Shown here: one piece after another, positions 8,602 to 16,183 of the stretch | How the letters are laid out: every line of letters starts with the position of its first letter | How positions within the stretch are numbered: the first letter of the stretch is position 1 | DNA from: a virus | Length of the DNA stretch: 64,000 bases | Reading direction: 5' to 3' (one strand) | Virus record (IMG/VR): IMGVR_UViG_3300035686_000004 | Location: 1 to 64,000 of that record | The notes under the pieces: model-generated | What the model was told of the DNA's origin: nothing | The model's database searches: none | The model's input: the letters and a program-made list of their open reading frames with translations, nothing else | Position numbers and translations under genes: made by a program

Positions 8602-8736
8602 ATGAAAAAAGAATATCGTTTCATGATCAATCCAGAACTGCACAAAAAGTTTAAGGTGCTTTGTGCAGAGAAGGAAGTGTCGATGAGTGAGGAGTTAGAG
8701 GCGATCATTATGCAAGCGATCGCCAGAATTTCCTAG
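8602..8736 (+). CDS. ribbon-helix-helix (CopG/Arc-like) small DNA-binding protein
   Basis: Below the ORF-track size cutoff. ATG at 8602 follows AGGAGG (8592..8597). Translation: MKKEYRFMINPELHKKFKVLCAEKEVSMSEELEAIIMQAIARIS, i.e. a beta-strand (YRFMI) plus two helices, typical of RHH. Confidence 0.6.
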   Translation: MKKEYRFMINPELHKKFKVLCAEKEVSMSEELEAIIMQAIARIS

Positions 8737-8759
8737 ATTCTAGTGCAAGACAATAGCTT

Positions 8760-8860
8760 GTTTCAATCCCTAATAGGGATTATTGGGAGCGATCGCCTTC
8801 CATCAGGGTATCCTTAGCTCCTACCAGAATGTTTCAATCCCTGATAGGGATTATTGAGAG
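8760..8860. CRISPR. two CRISPR-repeat-like 30-nt direct repeats with one 41-nt spacer-like insert (mini-array or solitary repeat units)
   Basis: R1 8760..8789 GTTTCAATCCCTAATAGGGATTATTGGGAG. R2 8831..8860 GTTTCAATCCCTGATAGGGATTATTGAGAG. They are 28/30 identical with a 71-nt period. The reverse complement ends in CCCTATTAGGGATTGAAAC, resembling (from memory) cyanobacterial repeats ending in ATTGAAAC. No cas genes in the window. Confidence 0.4.
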
Positions 8861-9059
8861 TGGATCACCCATCAATATAATACAGCCTATTTATGAACAC
8901 GGCAAGTTGAGTATCTTTTCGCAGCTGGTAATGCTGAATTTGTGGGGTACGAACTAATGGTGCGTGATGTCTGATTAAGTCAAGTGCAAAAGCATTAGGT
9001 TGTTAACGAGGGTTATCTGCGATAACTACAAAGCGCGATCGCCCACAGTATATCCTTAG

Positions 9060-9085
9060 CCCCTGCTAGCCAGGGGATTTTTGTT
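9060..9085 (+). terminator. intrinsic terminator CCCCTG-ctagc-CAGGGG + ATTTTTGTT
   Basis: Stem-loop plus T-run. Member of the repeated intergenic cassette. Confidence 0.65.
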
Positions 9086-9094
9086 GGAGTTACT

Positions 9095-9108
9095 GTCTAA
9101 TATTAGAC
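9095..9108. repeat. PAL14 perfect
   Basis: Between terminator 9060..9085 and promoter 9118..9146. Confidence 0.95.
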
Positions 9109-9117
9109 TAAGGCTGT

Positions 9118-9146
9118 TTGTCAATCCTAGTATAGGGTGTTAGATT
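9118..9146 (+). promoter_or_regulatory. early promoter: TTGTCA - 17 nt ending GGGTGT - TAGATT
   Basis: -35 at 9118..9123 and -10 at 9141..9146, upstream of 9174..9485. Confidence 0.7.
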
Positions 9147-9173
9147 AGATGAAGTGGAGATTCAACAAACGCC

Positions 9174-9485
9174 ATGACTTATTACGTCAACCAAGACAAA
9201 GCCGAATACAGCCAGCAAGAATTGATTGACTTGCTCATGGGTATTGCAAAACCGATGTGGACATGCCGCACTTATGAACCGGAATACGTGGAGGATGGAA
9301 TTCTAGCGGAAACGCTAGTAGATGACGAAGAATGGAATGCTTACCTTGAAGACTATGGCGTGCCTTATGAGTCGCTAGAATCGCCTTATATTCGGCAAGA
9401 ATTTAGGAAAGAAGTGCTAGCGATCGCTGAGGCTGCTTTTGCTTGCCGCTTGAATGCCTGGGAAAATATGACCCGTTCCATCTAG
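9174..9485 (+). CDS. hypothetical acidic protein
   Basis: 103-aa ORF bracketed by promoter 9118..9146 and terminator 9544..9571. Confidence 0.6.
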   Translation: MTYYVNQDKAEYSQQELIDLLMGIAKPMWTCRTYEPEYVEDGILAETLVDDEEWNAYLEDYGVPYESLESPYIRQEFRKEVLAIAEAAFACRLNAWENMTRSI

Positions 9486-9543
9486 AGGCCTTACACTGAA
9501 TCTGAATTGAAGCGAAGAACACGCGATCGCTGTATGTCCTCTC

Positions 9544-9571
9544 AATCCCCTGCTAGTCAGGGGATTTTATT
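9544..9571 (+). terminator. intrinsic terminator AATCCCCTG-ctagt-CAGGGGATT + TTAT
   Basis: A 9-bp stem after 9174..9485. Confidence 0.65.
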
Positions 9572-9583
9572 GGCGCGATCGCT

Positions 9584-9597
9584 GTCCAATATTGGAC
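9584..9597. repeat. PAL14 symmetric variant GTCCAATATTGGAC
   Basis: Both half-sites changed in a compensating way. Between terminator 9544..9571 and promoter 9608..9636. Confidence 0.8.
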
Positions 9598-9607
9598 TGA
9601 ACGTCCT

Positions 9608-9636
9608 TTGCAATTTCAGCGCAAAGGTGTTAGACT
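9608..9636 (+). promoter_or_regulatory. early promoter: TTGCAA - 17 nt ending AGGTGT - TAGACT
   Basis: -35 at 9608..9613 and -10 at 9631..9636, upstream of 9670..10578. Confidence 0.7.
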
Positions 9637-9669
9637 GCATTGATAAATGTGTAGTAGTAAGTAGAAAAC

Positions 9670-10578
9670 ATGAATAATCAACCCTGGCTAATTACGAATA
9701 ATTCTTGTGATTTTGATCCAAAGGAAATAATTGACGGGGCGATCGCGGCTCACAATATAGATGAAATTTGGGCAATGTTTAGCGGTGGTCATGATTCATT
9801 GGTATCTACGCATATTGCAAGTTCTCATGAAAAGTTCAATGGAGTTTTACATATTGACACAGGCATTGGCATTCCACAGACACAGCAATATGTCATAGAT
9901 GTGTGCGATCGCTTTGGCTGGGAATGCAATATTTATAGGGCAATAGAGAACACAAAAGCAGACGGAACGCCCGATCCAATATTTTATCGGGATTTAGTCT
10001 TGCAATGGGGATTTCCCGGTGCAAATCTTCATCAATTCATGTATAGCTGTCTTAAAGAAAGGCAAATAGCTCGCTTTGTTCGCGATCGCAAAAAGAAAGG
10101 AATAAAACGCATTGGCTTGGTAAGTGGCGTCCGAACTGCCGAAAGCGATCGCCGTAATCGCAAACTCATGAGTGGAAGTCAAATGCATCACCGCGTAGGA
10201 ATGAAGGTTTGGATTGCGCCAATAATCTTGTTTACCGAGGAGGACTGTCAGGCATATATGAAAAGTCATGCACTGCCTCGCAATCCAGTTAAAGACAATC
10301 TTTGTATGAGTGGGGAGTGTTTATGCGGTGCATTTGCTCAACGTAACGAATTAACCCAATTAGAAGTTTTTTATCCTGAAGTTGCCGAACGCATTAGAAA
10401 ACTAGAAAAAGAAGTTTATCCTTCATTTCCTTGGGGTTGGGAAGATCAGCCGCCAAAATGGTGGAAAAATAAGCAAAAATCGGAGCGATTAGAAGCTAAC
10501 GGCCAGTTAAACTTGTTTACCTCACCTCTTTGTTACTCTTGTGCAATAAATCACCATACCAAGCTACACGAAGATTGA
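9670..10578 (+). CDS. PAPS reductase / PP-loop ATP pyrophosphatase family protein
   Basis: 302 aa. MFSGGHDS matches the SGGxDS PP-loop. There is a Cys cluster, CMSGECLCGAF. Own promoter (9608..9636) and terminator (10611..10634). Confidence 0.75.
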   Translation: MNNQPWLITNNSCDFDPKEIIDGAIAAHNIDEIWAMFSGGHDSLVSTHIASSHEKFNGVLHIDTGIGIPQTQQYVIDVCDRFGWECNIYRAIENTKADGTPDPIFYRDLVLQWGFPGANLHQFMYSCLKERQIARFVRDRKKKGIKRIGLVSGVRTAESDRRNRKLMSGSQMHHRVGMKVWIAPIILFTEEDCQAYMKSHALPRNPVKDNLCMSGECLCGAFAQRNELTQLEVFYPEVAERIRKLEKEVYPSFPWGWEDQPPKWWKNKQKSERLEANGQLNLFTSPLCYSCAINHHTKLHED

Positions 10579-10610
10579 TGTAATCCGCGATCACCCACAG
10601 TATATCCTTA

Positions 10611-10634
10611 ACTCCTGCGGATCAGGGGTTTTTT
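10611..10634 (+). terminator. intrinsic terminator ACTCCTG-cggat-CAGGGGT + TTTTT
   Basis: Stem (one G-U pair) plus a T6 run, after 9670..10578. Confidence 0.7.
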
Positions 10635-10649
10635 ATTGGGGTAATTATT

Positions 10650-10663
10650 GTCTAATATTAGAC
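10650..10663. repeat. PAL14 perfect
   Basis: Lies 16 nt after terminator 10611..10634. Confidence 0.95.
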
Positions 10664-10824
10664 TCGACGCGATCGTAGACAAAATGCGATCACCTGACAG
10701 GTAGAGCGATCGCATGAAACAGGGTGGTAATTGATTTTTATAAATACCGTCTCAATCCGGGTAATTTTCCTGGATTTGAGACGGTAACCTGTGCATCTAC
10801 TTCAACAATATCATAAAGAATAAA

Positions 10825-10844
10825 AGCAGGTATTGCTACCTGCT
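10825..10844. terminator. hairpin AGCAGGTA-ttgc-TACCTGCT, bidirectional
   Basis: Flanked by AAAA upstream and TTTGTTGCTTT downstream. Lies 40 nt beyond the endolysin stop. Confidence 0.55.
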
Positions 10845-10883
10845 TTGTTGCTTTGTGTATGTTCCTGACAACTATATTATCGC

Positions 10884-11684
10884 TCAACATCCATAAGAAA
10901 AAACAATTTTGCTGTTAGACTGTCCTTTTCTGATATCGGTGTGAATAAACCCTTTGCACATGCCTAGACCGATCGCCGTGAAAGGCGACACCTTGATGAC
11001 TGCCAATAACTCATAAATACTACCCGTTATAGGGAAGACATCGCCTGCGTTGGCATACGGGTGTTGTGAACCACTCACTCCGCCCACGGCGCGGTTAATC
11101 GCAGGGGGTCTGAATCCAGACGTCATCCCAATAGGAGAACCCCATTTGTCACGAACCCATGCAAATGTTTTGGCATAGGCGATCGCGTTAGCAATTTGAT
11201 ACTTTTCTTCCAGTGGTCGGGTACAGTTTTTGGTGAATTCGCCCCAAGTGAGATAAGAACCAGGGGCAATAAGCTCATTGGCAAATACAAGCCGATTATC
11301 AGGTAACCGCATTGACGCCCCTGTACGGGTTCCGATTATTTCGCTAGACAAAGGTGTTTGATTCAAATCCTGTGTCTGCTCGGTTACAGGATGCACCCCT
11401 TTCGCCACCTCTAGCAATGCAAGGATGGTAGAGCGCCCCAAGATATCTGGATATTGCAACCAATGATCTTCTTTGAATCTTGCAAAGGCGATCGCAGTTT
11501 GCCTCCCTGGTATGCCGTCAACTTCTCCGGTATAGTATCCACTTGGATACTCAGATGTTTTTACATTGCTCAGTATTCGTTGGATTTCTGTGAGCGTTGC
11601 AGGGGCGATCGCATTGATACTAATATGTCCACTCAGCGTTGTCAGTAAACGATTAAGTTGAGGGCAAATGTCTAATGTGCTCAT
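10884..11684 (-). CDS. endolysin: peptidoglycan-binding domain + peptidase M15 (zinc D-Ala-D-Ala carboxypeptidase-like)
   Basis: 266 aa. YTGEVDGIPGRQTAIAFARF resembles a PG_binding_1 repeat. SGFRPPAINRAVGGVSGSQHPYANAGDV ... GFIHTDIR matches the M15 pattern (H..G.A.D ... H.D). Confidence 0.8.
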   Translation of the reverse strand: MSTLDICPQLNRLLTTLSGHISINAIAPATLTEIQRILSNVKTSEYPSGYYTGEVDGIPGRQTAIAFARFKEDHWLQYPDILGRSTILALLEVAKGVHPVTEQTQDLNQTPLSSEIIGTRTGASMRLPDNRLVFANELIAPGSYLTWGEFTKNCTRPLEEKYQIANAIAYAKTFAWVRDKWGSPIGMTSGFRPPAINRAVGGVSGSQHPYANAGDVFPITGSIYELLAVIKVSPFTAIGLGMCKGFIHTDIRKGQSNSKIVFSYGC

Positions 11685-11689
11685 GATTT

Positions 11690-11703
11690 GTCTAATATTA
11701 GAT
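11690..11703. repeat. PAL14 variant GTCTAATATTAGAT
   Basis: 5 nt upstream of the endolysin ATG (minus strand). Confidence 0.8.
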
Positions 11704-11833
11704 CTGTCGATTTTATCACAACAACAAAAATCGTATATTAACCATCAGGATTTAAAACAGACAAAAAAAGAATAAGCGATCGCCTGCCTATCGCTATTGC
11801 AAGTCGGGTATTAGACCAGCTAATATAGATAAA

Positions 11834-11868
11834 GCCGCCTCAACTACTAGGGAAAGGCGGCTTACTAC
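11834..11868 (+). repeat. hairpin AGCCGCCTcaact...AAGGCGGCT, copy 1
   Basis: About 80 percent identical to 13693..13722. Lies upstream of 11891..12658. Confidence 0.55.
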
Positions 11869-11890
11869 TCAATTAAATTCAAGTAACACC

Positions 11891-12658
11891 ATGTTAACAG
11901 TTTTCAAGCAAGATGGCATCGAGCTGGCAATCAATACTCAAACGGGCGAAGCTTTTGCAACCGTTTCTGGCTATGCTCGGATGAGTGGAAAGGATAAATC
12001 AGTGATCTCTCGTCGTTTAGGAACCGTTGCAAAAGAAGGCATAAAAAACGCTGAAATCCAGACAGTGCAAGGATTACGAACCGTTGCATTAATACCAGAA
12101 ACTCTGATCTCTCAGTGGATCGTGAAAGATAACCCTGGGCTGGCAACACAGATGTTAAACGCAGGTTGCCGTCTCTACCTCTACCAGATCGCAGGCTATA
12201 AAATCAAAGTCGAGGATGCAGCGCCTACGGTAACACCAGCATTAACTTCTTGCGATCGCGTTGATAAAGCCGTACAACTCAAAGAATCTTTGGAGTTTTT
12301 TGGTATAGACATCAAGAATCCACGCTTCTTGCAATCTGCCCAAGATTTGGTGTGCGATGTCTTGGGACTTGGACAACAACCTGCTTTATCTCCTGCTGAG
12401 ACTTGGCTAGGTGTTGCAGAAAGAGCCGAGGAGCTTGGTTACCCCATCAGTTTGGTTACTAAACATCGTAGCCAGCTGGGTAAGTGGGTTAAGCAGTACG
12501 ACTTGACCCGTAAGCTAGAGAAGCGACTTTGTAATGGCACTCAACGAGAGATTAATCTGTATCTCCAGTGCCCACAACTAGATGAGGCAATTAAGGAGTT
12601 TCTGGATGCTAAGGTGCTCGCAACTCGCGCTAGATCAATCCTAACGGAGTTAGTCTGA
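11891..12658 (+). CDS. hypothetical protein, antirepressor/DNA-binding-like
   Basis: 255-aa ORF. The N-terminal DGIELAINTQTGEAFATVSGYARMSG is loosely like antirepressor N-domains. It sits between two copies of the endolysin 5' segment. Confidence 0.55.
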   Translation: MLTVFKQDGIELAINTQTGEAFATVSGYARMSGKDKSVISRRLGTVAKEGIKNAEIQTVQGLRTVALIPETLISQWIVKDNPGLATQMLNAGCRLYLYQIAGYKIKVEDAAPTVTPALTSCDRVDKAVQLKESLEFFGIDIKNPRFLQSAQDLVCDVLGLGQQPALSPAETWLGVAERAEELGYPISLVTKHRSQLGKWVKQYDLTRKLEKRLCNGTQREINLYLQCPQLDEAIKEFLDAKVLATRARSILTELV

Positions 12659-12781
12659 TATTCGACTAATGGACGGATAGTAAAGAGCGGATCGCCTTGC
12701 CAATGATCCGCTTTGTTCATTGCTTTCTTACGCGCATGTTCCTGATGTCCTACTTTACCGCCCCCGTCAAGCCTGAAACTA

Positions 12782-12865
12782 TTACATAATCGTATTGATG
12801 CTGATGTGCTCACTTAGCGTTGCCAGTAGACCATTAAGCTGAGGACATGTGTCTAGCGTGCCCAT
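12782..12865 (-). pseudogene. truncated duplicate of the endolysin 5' end (27 codons)
   Basis: Minus-strand ATG at 12865 gives MGTLDTCPQLNGLLATLSEHISINTIM*, compared with the endolysin N-terminus MSTLDICPQLNRLLTTLSGHISINAI. The same variant palindrome GTCTAATATTAGAT lies just upstream of both. Confidence 0.55.
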
Positions 12866-12869
12866 GGTT

Positions 12870-12883
12870 GTCTAATATTAGAT
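12870..12883. repeat. PAL14 variant GTCTAATATTAGAT
   Basis: 4 nt upstream of the endolysin-fragment ATG. Same variant as at 11690. Confidence 0.8.
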
Positions 12884-12902
12884 AAAAAGAATTTTACCAT
12901 TT

Positions 12903-12933
12903 TTGCAAATTACGACAGAACGGGTGTTAGAAT
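12903..12933 (+). promoter_or_regulatory. early-type promoter-like motif (GGGTGT-TAGAAT)
   Basis: -10 TAGAAT at 12928..12933. TTGCAA at 12903..12908 gives a long 19-nt spacer. Confidence 0.45.
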
Positions 12934-12966
12934 AGTTAAAAGCTACCATACAGGCAATTCACACTA

Positions 12967-13338
12967 ATGAGCGAACATACTTTTCCTGCTGCGATAGATC
13001 GACCAAAAATTGTTTGCTTATGCGGAAGCACGAGATTTAAAGAAGCGTTTGAAGAGTCTAATAAGCTCGAAACATTAAAAGGAAATATCGTGTTATCGGT
13101 AGGGTTCTTTATGCATCGCGAATTGGAACCTATTAGCACCGAAGCAAAAACTCAGCTTGATTGTCTCCATCTGGAAAAAATCAAATTGGCTGATGAAGTT
13201 CTATTTCTGAATATTGATGGGTACATAGGCGAGTCAACGTATCAAGAGTTTTTGTTTGCCATTGGATTAAGTAAAAGAATTCGGTTTTTAGAGCCAACAA
13301 GGATTCCTGACCGCATTCTTGATGTATTGTCTCCCTGA
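12967..13338 (+). CDS. small Rossmann-like protein (nucleoside 2-deoxyribosyltransferase-like family, tentative)
   Basis: 123 aa. KIVCLCGSTRF ... LDCLHLEKIKLADEVLFLN..GYIGEST..E recalls a conserved phage family. This assignment is from memory only. Confidence 0.5.
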   Translation: MSEHTFPAAIDRPKIVCLCGSTRFKEAFEESNKLETLKGNIVLSVGFFMHRELEPISTEAKTQLDCLHLEKIKLADEVLFLNIDGYIGESTYQEFLFAIGLSKRIRFLEPTRIPDRILDVLSP

Positions 13339-13692
13339 AAAAAATATACGCATACTAATAGCAACTAAAGAACAAGCGATCGCCCTGGAATAAGGCGATC
13401 GCTTAGAAGCATGGTAAGACAGTATACACTGCATCGATAGAAAAAGCGGTGAAGCATCTCCTTTCACCGCTTCCTAAGACTCTATACCTATCGGGCATTC
13501 TACTCATAATACATGAAATACCTCCTGTGGCAATAGCCTTCCAAGCTACAGGAGGTAGGTTGCTCTGAGTGTCGAAAGAGAACCTTTGCATGGTAGCTTA
13601 ACCATTAATATTATAGGTGACCTGTGCTTTGTATTTTCGCTTCGCGATAGCGAAGCGCTGCTGCGAAGCGCAGATCGCCTCAGATCAAGGTA

Positions 13693-13722
13693 AAACCGCC
13701 TCAACTGACAAGAAAGGCGGTT
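13693..13722 (+). repeat. hairpin AACCGCCTcaact...AAGGCGGTT, copy 2
   Basis: Related to 11834..11868. Lies upstream of the Bro-N gene. Confidence 0.55.
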
Positions 13723-13794
13723 GTTATCAAGTCTAAGATGCTACAAGCATTTTACCATGAGCGATCGCAGCCAAAATCAAATTAGATTGCATCC

Positions 13795-13823
13795 TTGGCA
13801 CCCTAACTTTAATTAGGCATAAT
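13795..13823 (+). promoter_or_regulatory. sigma70-like promoter TTGGCA - 17 - CATAAT
   Basis: Upstream of the Bro-N gene. Lacks the GGGTGT element. Confidence 0.5.
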
Positions 13824-13849
13824 TAGGGTAGTCTCACTAAAGTTAGAGT

Positions 13850-14542
13850 ATGTTCTTGAACTTTTTCAACAATACAGAGCTGAAATCTTTCGTGGATGAA
13901 GACGGCGTTTTGTGGTTTCATGGCTATCAAGCTTGCAAGATTCTGCAATACAGTAACCCATCCGTGTCTATCCTTGCCAATACAGATGAAGATGAGCGAC
14001 AAAAGGTTGATCTTGGCGGACTTGAGGAAGTTTGGTTTATTTCTGAGTCGGGTCTTTACCAAATGGCATTTCAGTGTCGCAAGCCAGTAGCAAAACCGTT
14101 TAAGCGCTGGCTTTCTCGCGAGGTTATTCCTGCTATCCGCAAGGAAGGAGCATACATTTCACCTACTATTACCAAAGACCAAGCTTTGGCGACCAAAATC
14201 AAATTAGACCGCATCCTTGACACGCCGTCCCCCTGGAAGCGCATGTATGACAAGGAAGCTTGCGAGAAAGCCTTTGCTTGGTATGGCGCTAATTTCTACT
14301 GGACTTACTGCTATTCTTGGATGACACCAGGGGAACAGTGCAAAGTCAATCGTCTCAATCCACCTATCAACGGTAAGCGCGATGTCGCAATCCACCAGTT
14401 TATTGACCAAGACATCCGCGATCGCCTCACTCCCCATGTAACTCGTCTTGTAGACTTCCTCGTAAGTTCTACCAGTAAGCAGGATTTTGAGACACGCATG
14501 GGCAGGGTTTTTGGGTCTAACCAGCTTGAGTTGCCAGTCTAG
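13850..14542 (+). CDS. Bro-N domain antirepressor-like protein
   Basis: 230 aa. LWFHGYQACKIL ... WFISESGLYQMAFQCRKPVAKPFKRWLSREVIPAIRKEG is a classical Bro-N signature. A sigma70-like promoter lies at 13795..13823. Confidence 0.8.
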   Translation: MFLNFFNNTELKSFVDEDGVLWFHGYQACKILQYSNPSVSILANTDEDERQKVDLGGLEEVWFISESGLYQMAFQCRKPVAKPFKRWLSREVIPAIRKEGAYISPTITKDQALATKIKLDRILDTPSPWKRMYDKEACEKAFAWYGANFYWTYCYSWMTPGEQCKVNRLNPPINGKRDVAIHQFIDQDIRDRLTPHVTRLVDFLVSSTSKQDFETRMGRVFGSNQLELPV

Positions 14543-14607
14543 CGGTGCATCAATGAAGAATAAGCATACCCACAGTCAATTACTCTAAGATTTCACACGA
14601 AAAAGAG

Positions 14608-14877
14608 ATGAGCAAAAATACAAACAACACAGAAGAATTGATTGAAAAGCTAAGTGCAGAACTAGCTGAGATCTGGTATTCCGCCGAAGATTATGGTGAG
14701 GATAAATTCACAGAGATTTGGTCAAAAGAACACGTGACAACGAGGGAAGCATTTGAGGCTACTTGCTATTACGCTATCCAGTGCCTTGTTTATTCAGACG
14801 ATTCAGAAGATGACGAGATGTTAAAAGCGATCGCTGCGGCGCGTGGTTTTGACTTAGTAAAGAGAACTTTGCAGTAA
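14608..14877 (+). CDS. hypothetical acidic protein
   Basis: 89-aa ORF, co-directional, with no competing ORF. Confidence 0.55.
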   Translation: MSKNTNNTEELIEKLSAELAEIWYSAEDYGEDKFTEIWSKEHVTTREAFEATCYYAIQCLVYSDDSEDDEMLKAIAAARGFDLVKRTLQ

Positions 14878-14972
14878 GTAGAAAAATAAGCGATCGCCCC
14901 TTATAGTCTCCTGATTCAAGGTAAGCAATCGCTTTGTGTCAAATAATTCCATCACCGTAAAAGGAGTGTACC

Positions 14973-15563
14973 ATGATTCACGATATTGAGCAATTTACTA
15001 AGGTTTTGAAAGAGTTACTGGAATACTACGGCAAGCCTGCCAATGAAACAGCAATTTCGGTATGGTTTTCTGTGTGCAGCGAAAGCTTGACAGACGAGGA
15101 ATTCTTGCAGGCTGTCACGCTTTGCATGAGGCAGCGCGATCGCATCCCAGCCATTGATGAGTTTGTGGGATTGCTTAAAGGCGACCCTGCCGCACTTCAA
15201 GATATTACGCTTCAGGATGCGTGGGGGTCAATCTTGGAAGCTGCTGCGATCGCTAATTCACGAGACAAGGATCATACTGCTTTTCGGCTAAAAGTAAAAG
15301 AGAGCCTGACCCCCGCTCAGTCGTATGCATTGACTCAATTAGGTAACTTTACCGGACTAGGGGAGCTTAGCAGCGAAGATCTTGTTTGGCGGCAAAAACG
15401 ATTTGTCCAGCTATGCAAATCATATGAGCAAGGACAAAAACAGTTGAGGTTGGCAGGTGGAGAAAGCTCTGATCCAGTAGATATTAGGTGCTTGATCAGC
15501 GAACAAAACACCTCGATTACCAAATCCAAGGGGTTTAGCTCTCTTGGTGACGCCCTGTTGTAA
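14973..15563 (+). CDS. hypothetical protein
   Basis: 196-aa ORF with AGGAG 8 nt upstream, followed by a strong terminator at 15600..15626. Confidence 0.65.
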   Translation: MIHDIEQFTKVLKELLEYYGKPANETAISVWFSVCSESLTDEEFLQAVTLCMRQRDRIPAIDEFVGLLKGDPAALQDITLQDAWGSILEAAAIANSRDKDHTAFRLKVKESLTPAQSYALTQLGNFTGLGELSSEDLVWRQKRFVQLCKSYEQGQKQLRLAGGESSDPVDIRCLISEQNTSITKSKGFSSLGDALL

Positions 15564-15599
15564 AAGCTGTTCACACAGCACGGTGGAGGTAATGATCTA

Positions 15600-15626
15600 G
15601 ACTGCGACATAAACGCAGTCTTTTTT
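15600..15626 (+). terminator. intrinsic terminator GACTGCG-acataaa-CGCAGTC + TTTTTT
   Basis: A perfect 7-bp stem plus T6, after 14973..15563. Confidence 0.8.
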
Positions 15627-15632
15627 GTCCTA

Positions 15633-15646
15633 GTCTAATATTAGAC
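15633..15646. repeat. PAL14 perfect
   Basis: Between terminator 15600..15626 and promoter 15669..15698. Confidence 0.95.
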
Positions 15647-15668
15647 AAATAATCGCCTTGCAGAAATG

Positions 15669-15698
15669 TTGCCAGTCACACAAAGAGGGTGTTAGTAT
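15669..15698 (+). promoter_or_regulatory. early promoter: TTGCCA - 18 nt ending GGGTGT - TAGTAT
   Basis: -35 at 15669..15674 and -10 at 15693..15698, upstream of 15733..16122. Confidence 0.55.
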
Positions 15699-15732
15699 TT
15701 AGAGGTAAGATTCGTGATTGAGTTAAAAACAA

Positions 15733-16122
15733 ATGTCAACCAAGGCACAGCTTCTTGACTTTAGCGTTGCGTGCAGTAATTGCCCTTTTGCTGAAGATCG
15801 GGGACTAGGGCGCGATCGCCTTTATTGCTTAAAAGACGAGCAGGTAGTAAAAGCTCATTGGACTGCTACTCTGGATTGCGTTGAAGCAATCGAAGCGACT
15901 AATTCTAATGGCTTTGTCGGCGATGAGGATAACCGAGGAAGTGGACGCTGGAAGGTACTTTTACAGGCTTTGAGCAATAAGCATAATGATTGGACAGACG
16001 AATTAGATAGGTCGCAGTTTGATTTAGGACTACGCCACGGGATGACGCGCGAACCCAAAATTACTGAATTTACTGAAGATAGTCCATATTATGAGGGTTA
16101 CGGAATTGGACTTGAGTATTAA
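15733..16122 (+). CDS. hypothetical Cys-containing protein
   Basis: 129-aa ORF downstream of the palindrome plus promoter at 15633..15698. Confidence 0.6.
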   Translation: MSTKAQLLDFSVACSNCPFAEDRGLGRDRLYCLKDEQVVKAHWTATLDCVEAIEATNSNGFVGDEDNRGSGRWKVLLQALSNKHNDWTDELDRSQFDLGLRHGMTREPKITEFTEDSPYYEGYGIGLEY

Positions 16123-16183
16123 TTAATAAGCACACAGGAGATCGGTTCTCCTGTGCTTGTACTGTAGTCGATAGGAGTCACTT

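Noticed and set aside
8514-8708. Minus-strand ORF 8514..8708.
   Set aside because: It is antisense to the small RHH gene (8602..8736), which has a strong AGGAGG RBS and a convincing fold pattern.
12541-12813. Minus-strand ORF 12541..12813.
   Set aside because: It overlaps the 3' end of 11891..12658 and lies in a different frame from the endolysin-like remnant. It has no signals.
13403-13591. Minus-strand ORF 13403..13591 in the 13339..13849 gap.
   Set aside because: It runs through several strong hairpins, has no RBS and has odd composition. I treated the region as structured non-coding DNA.
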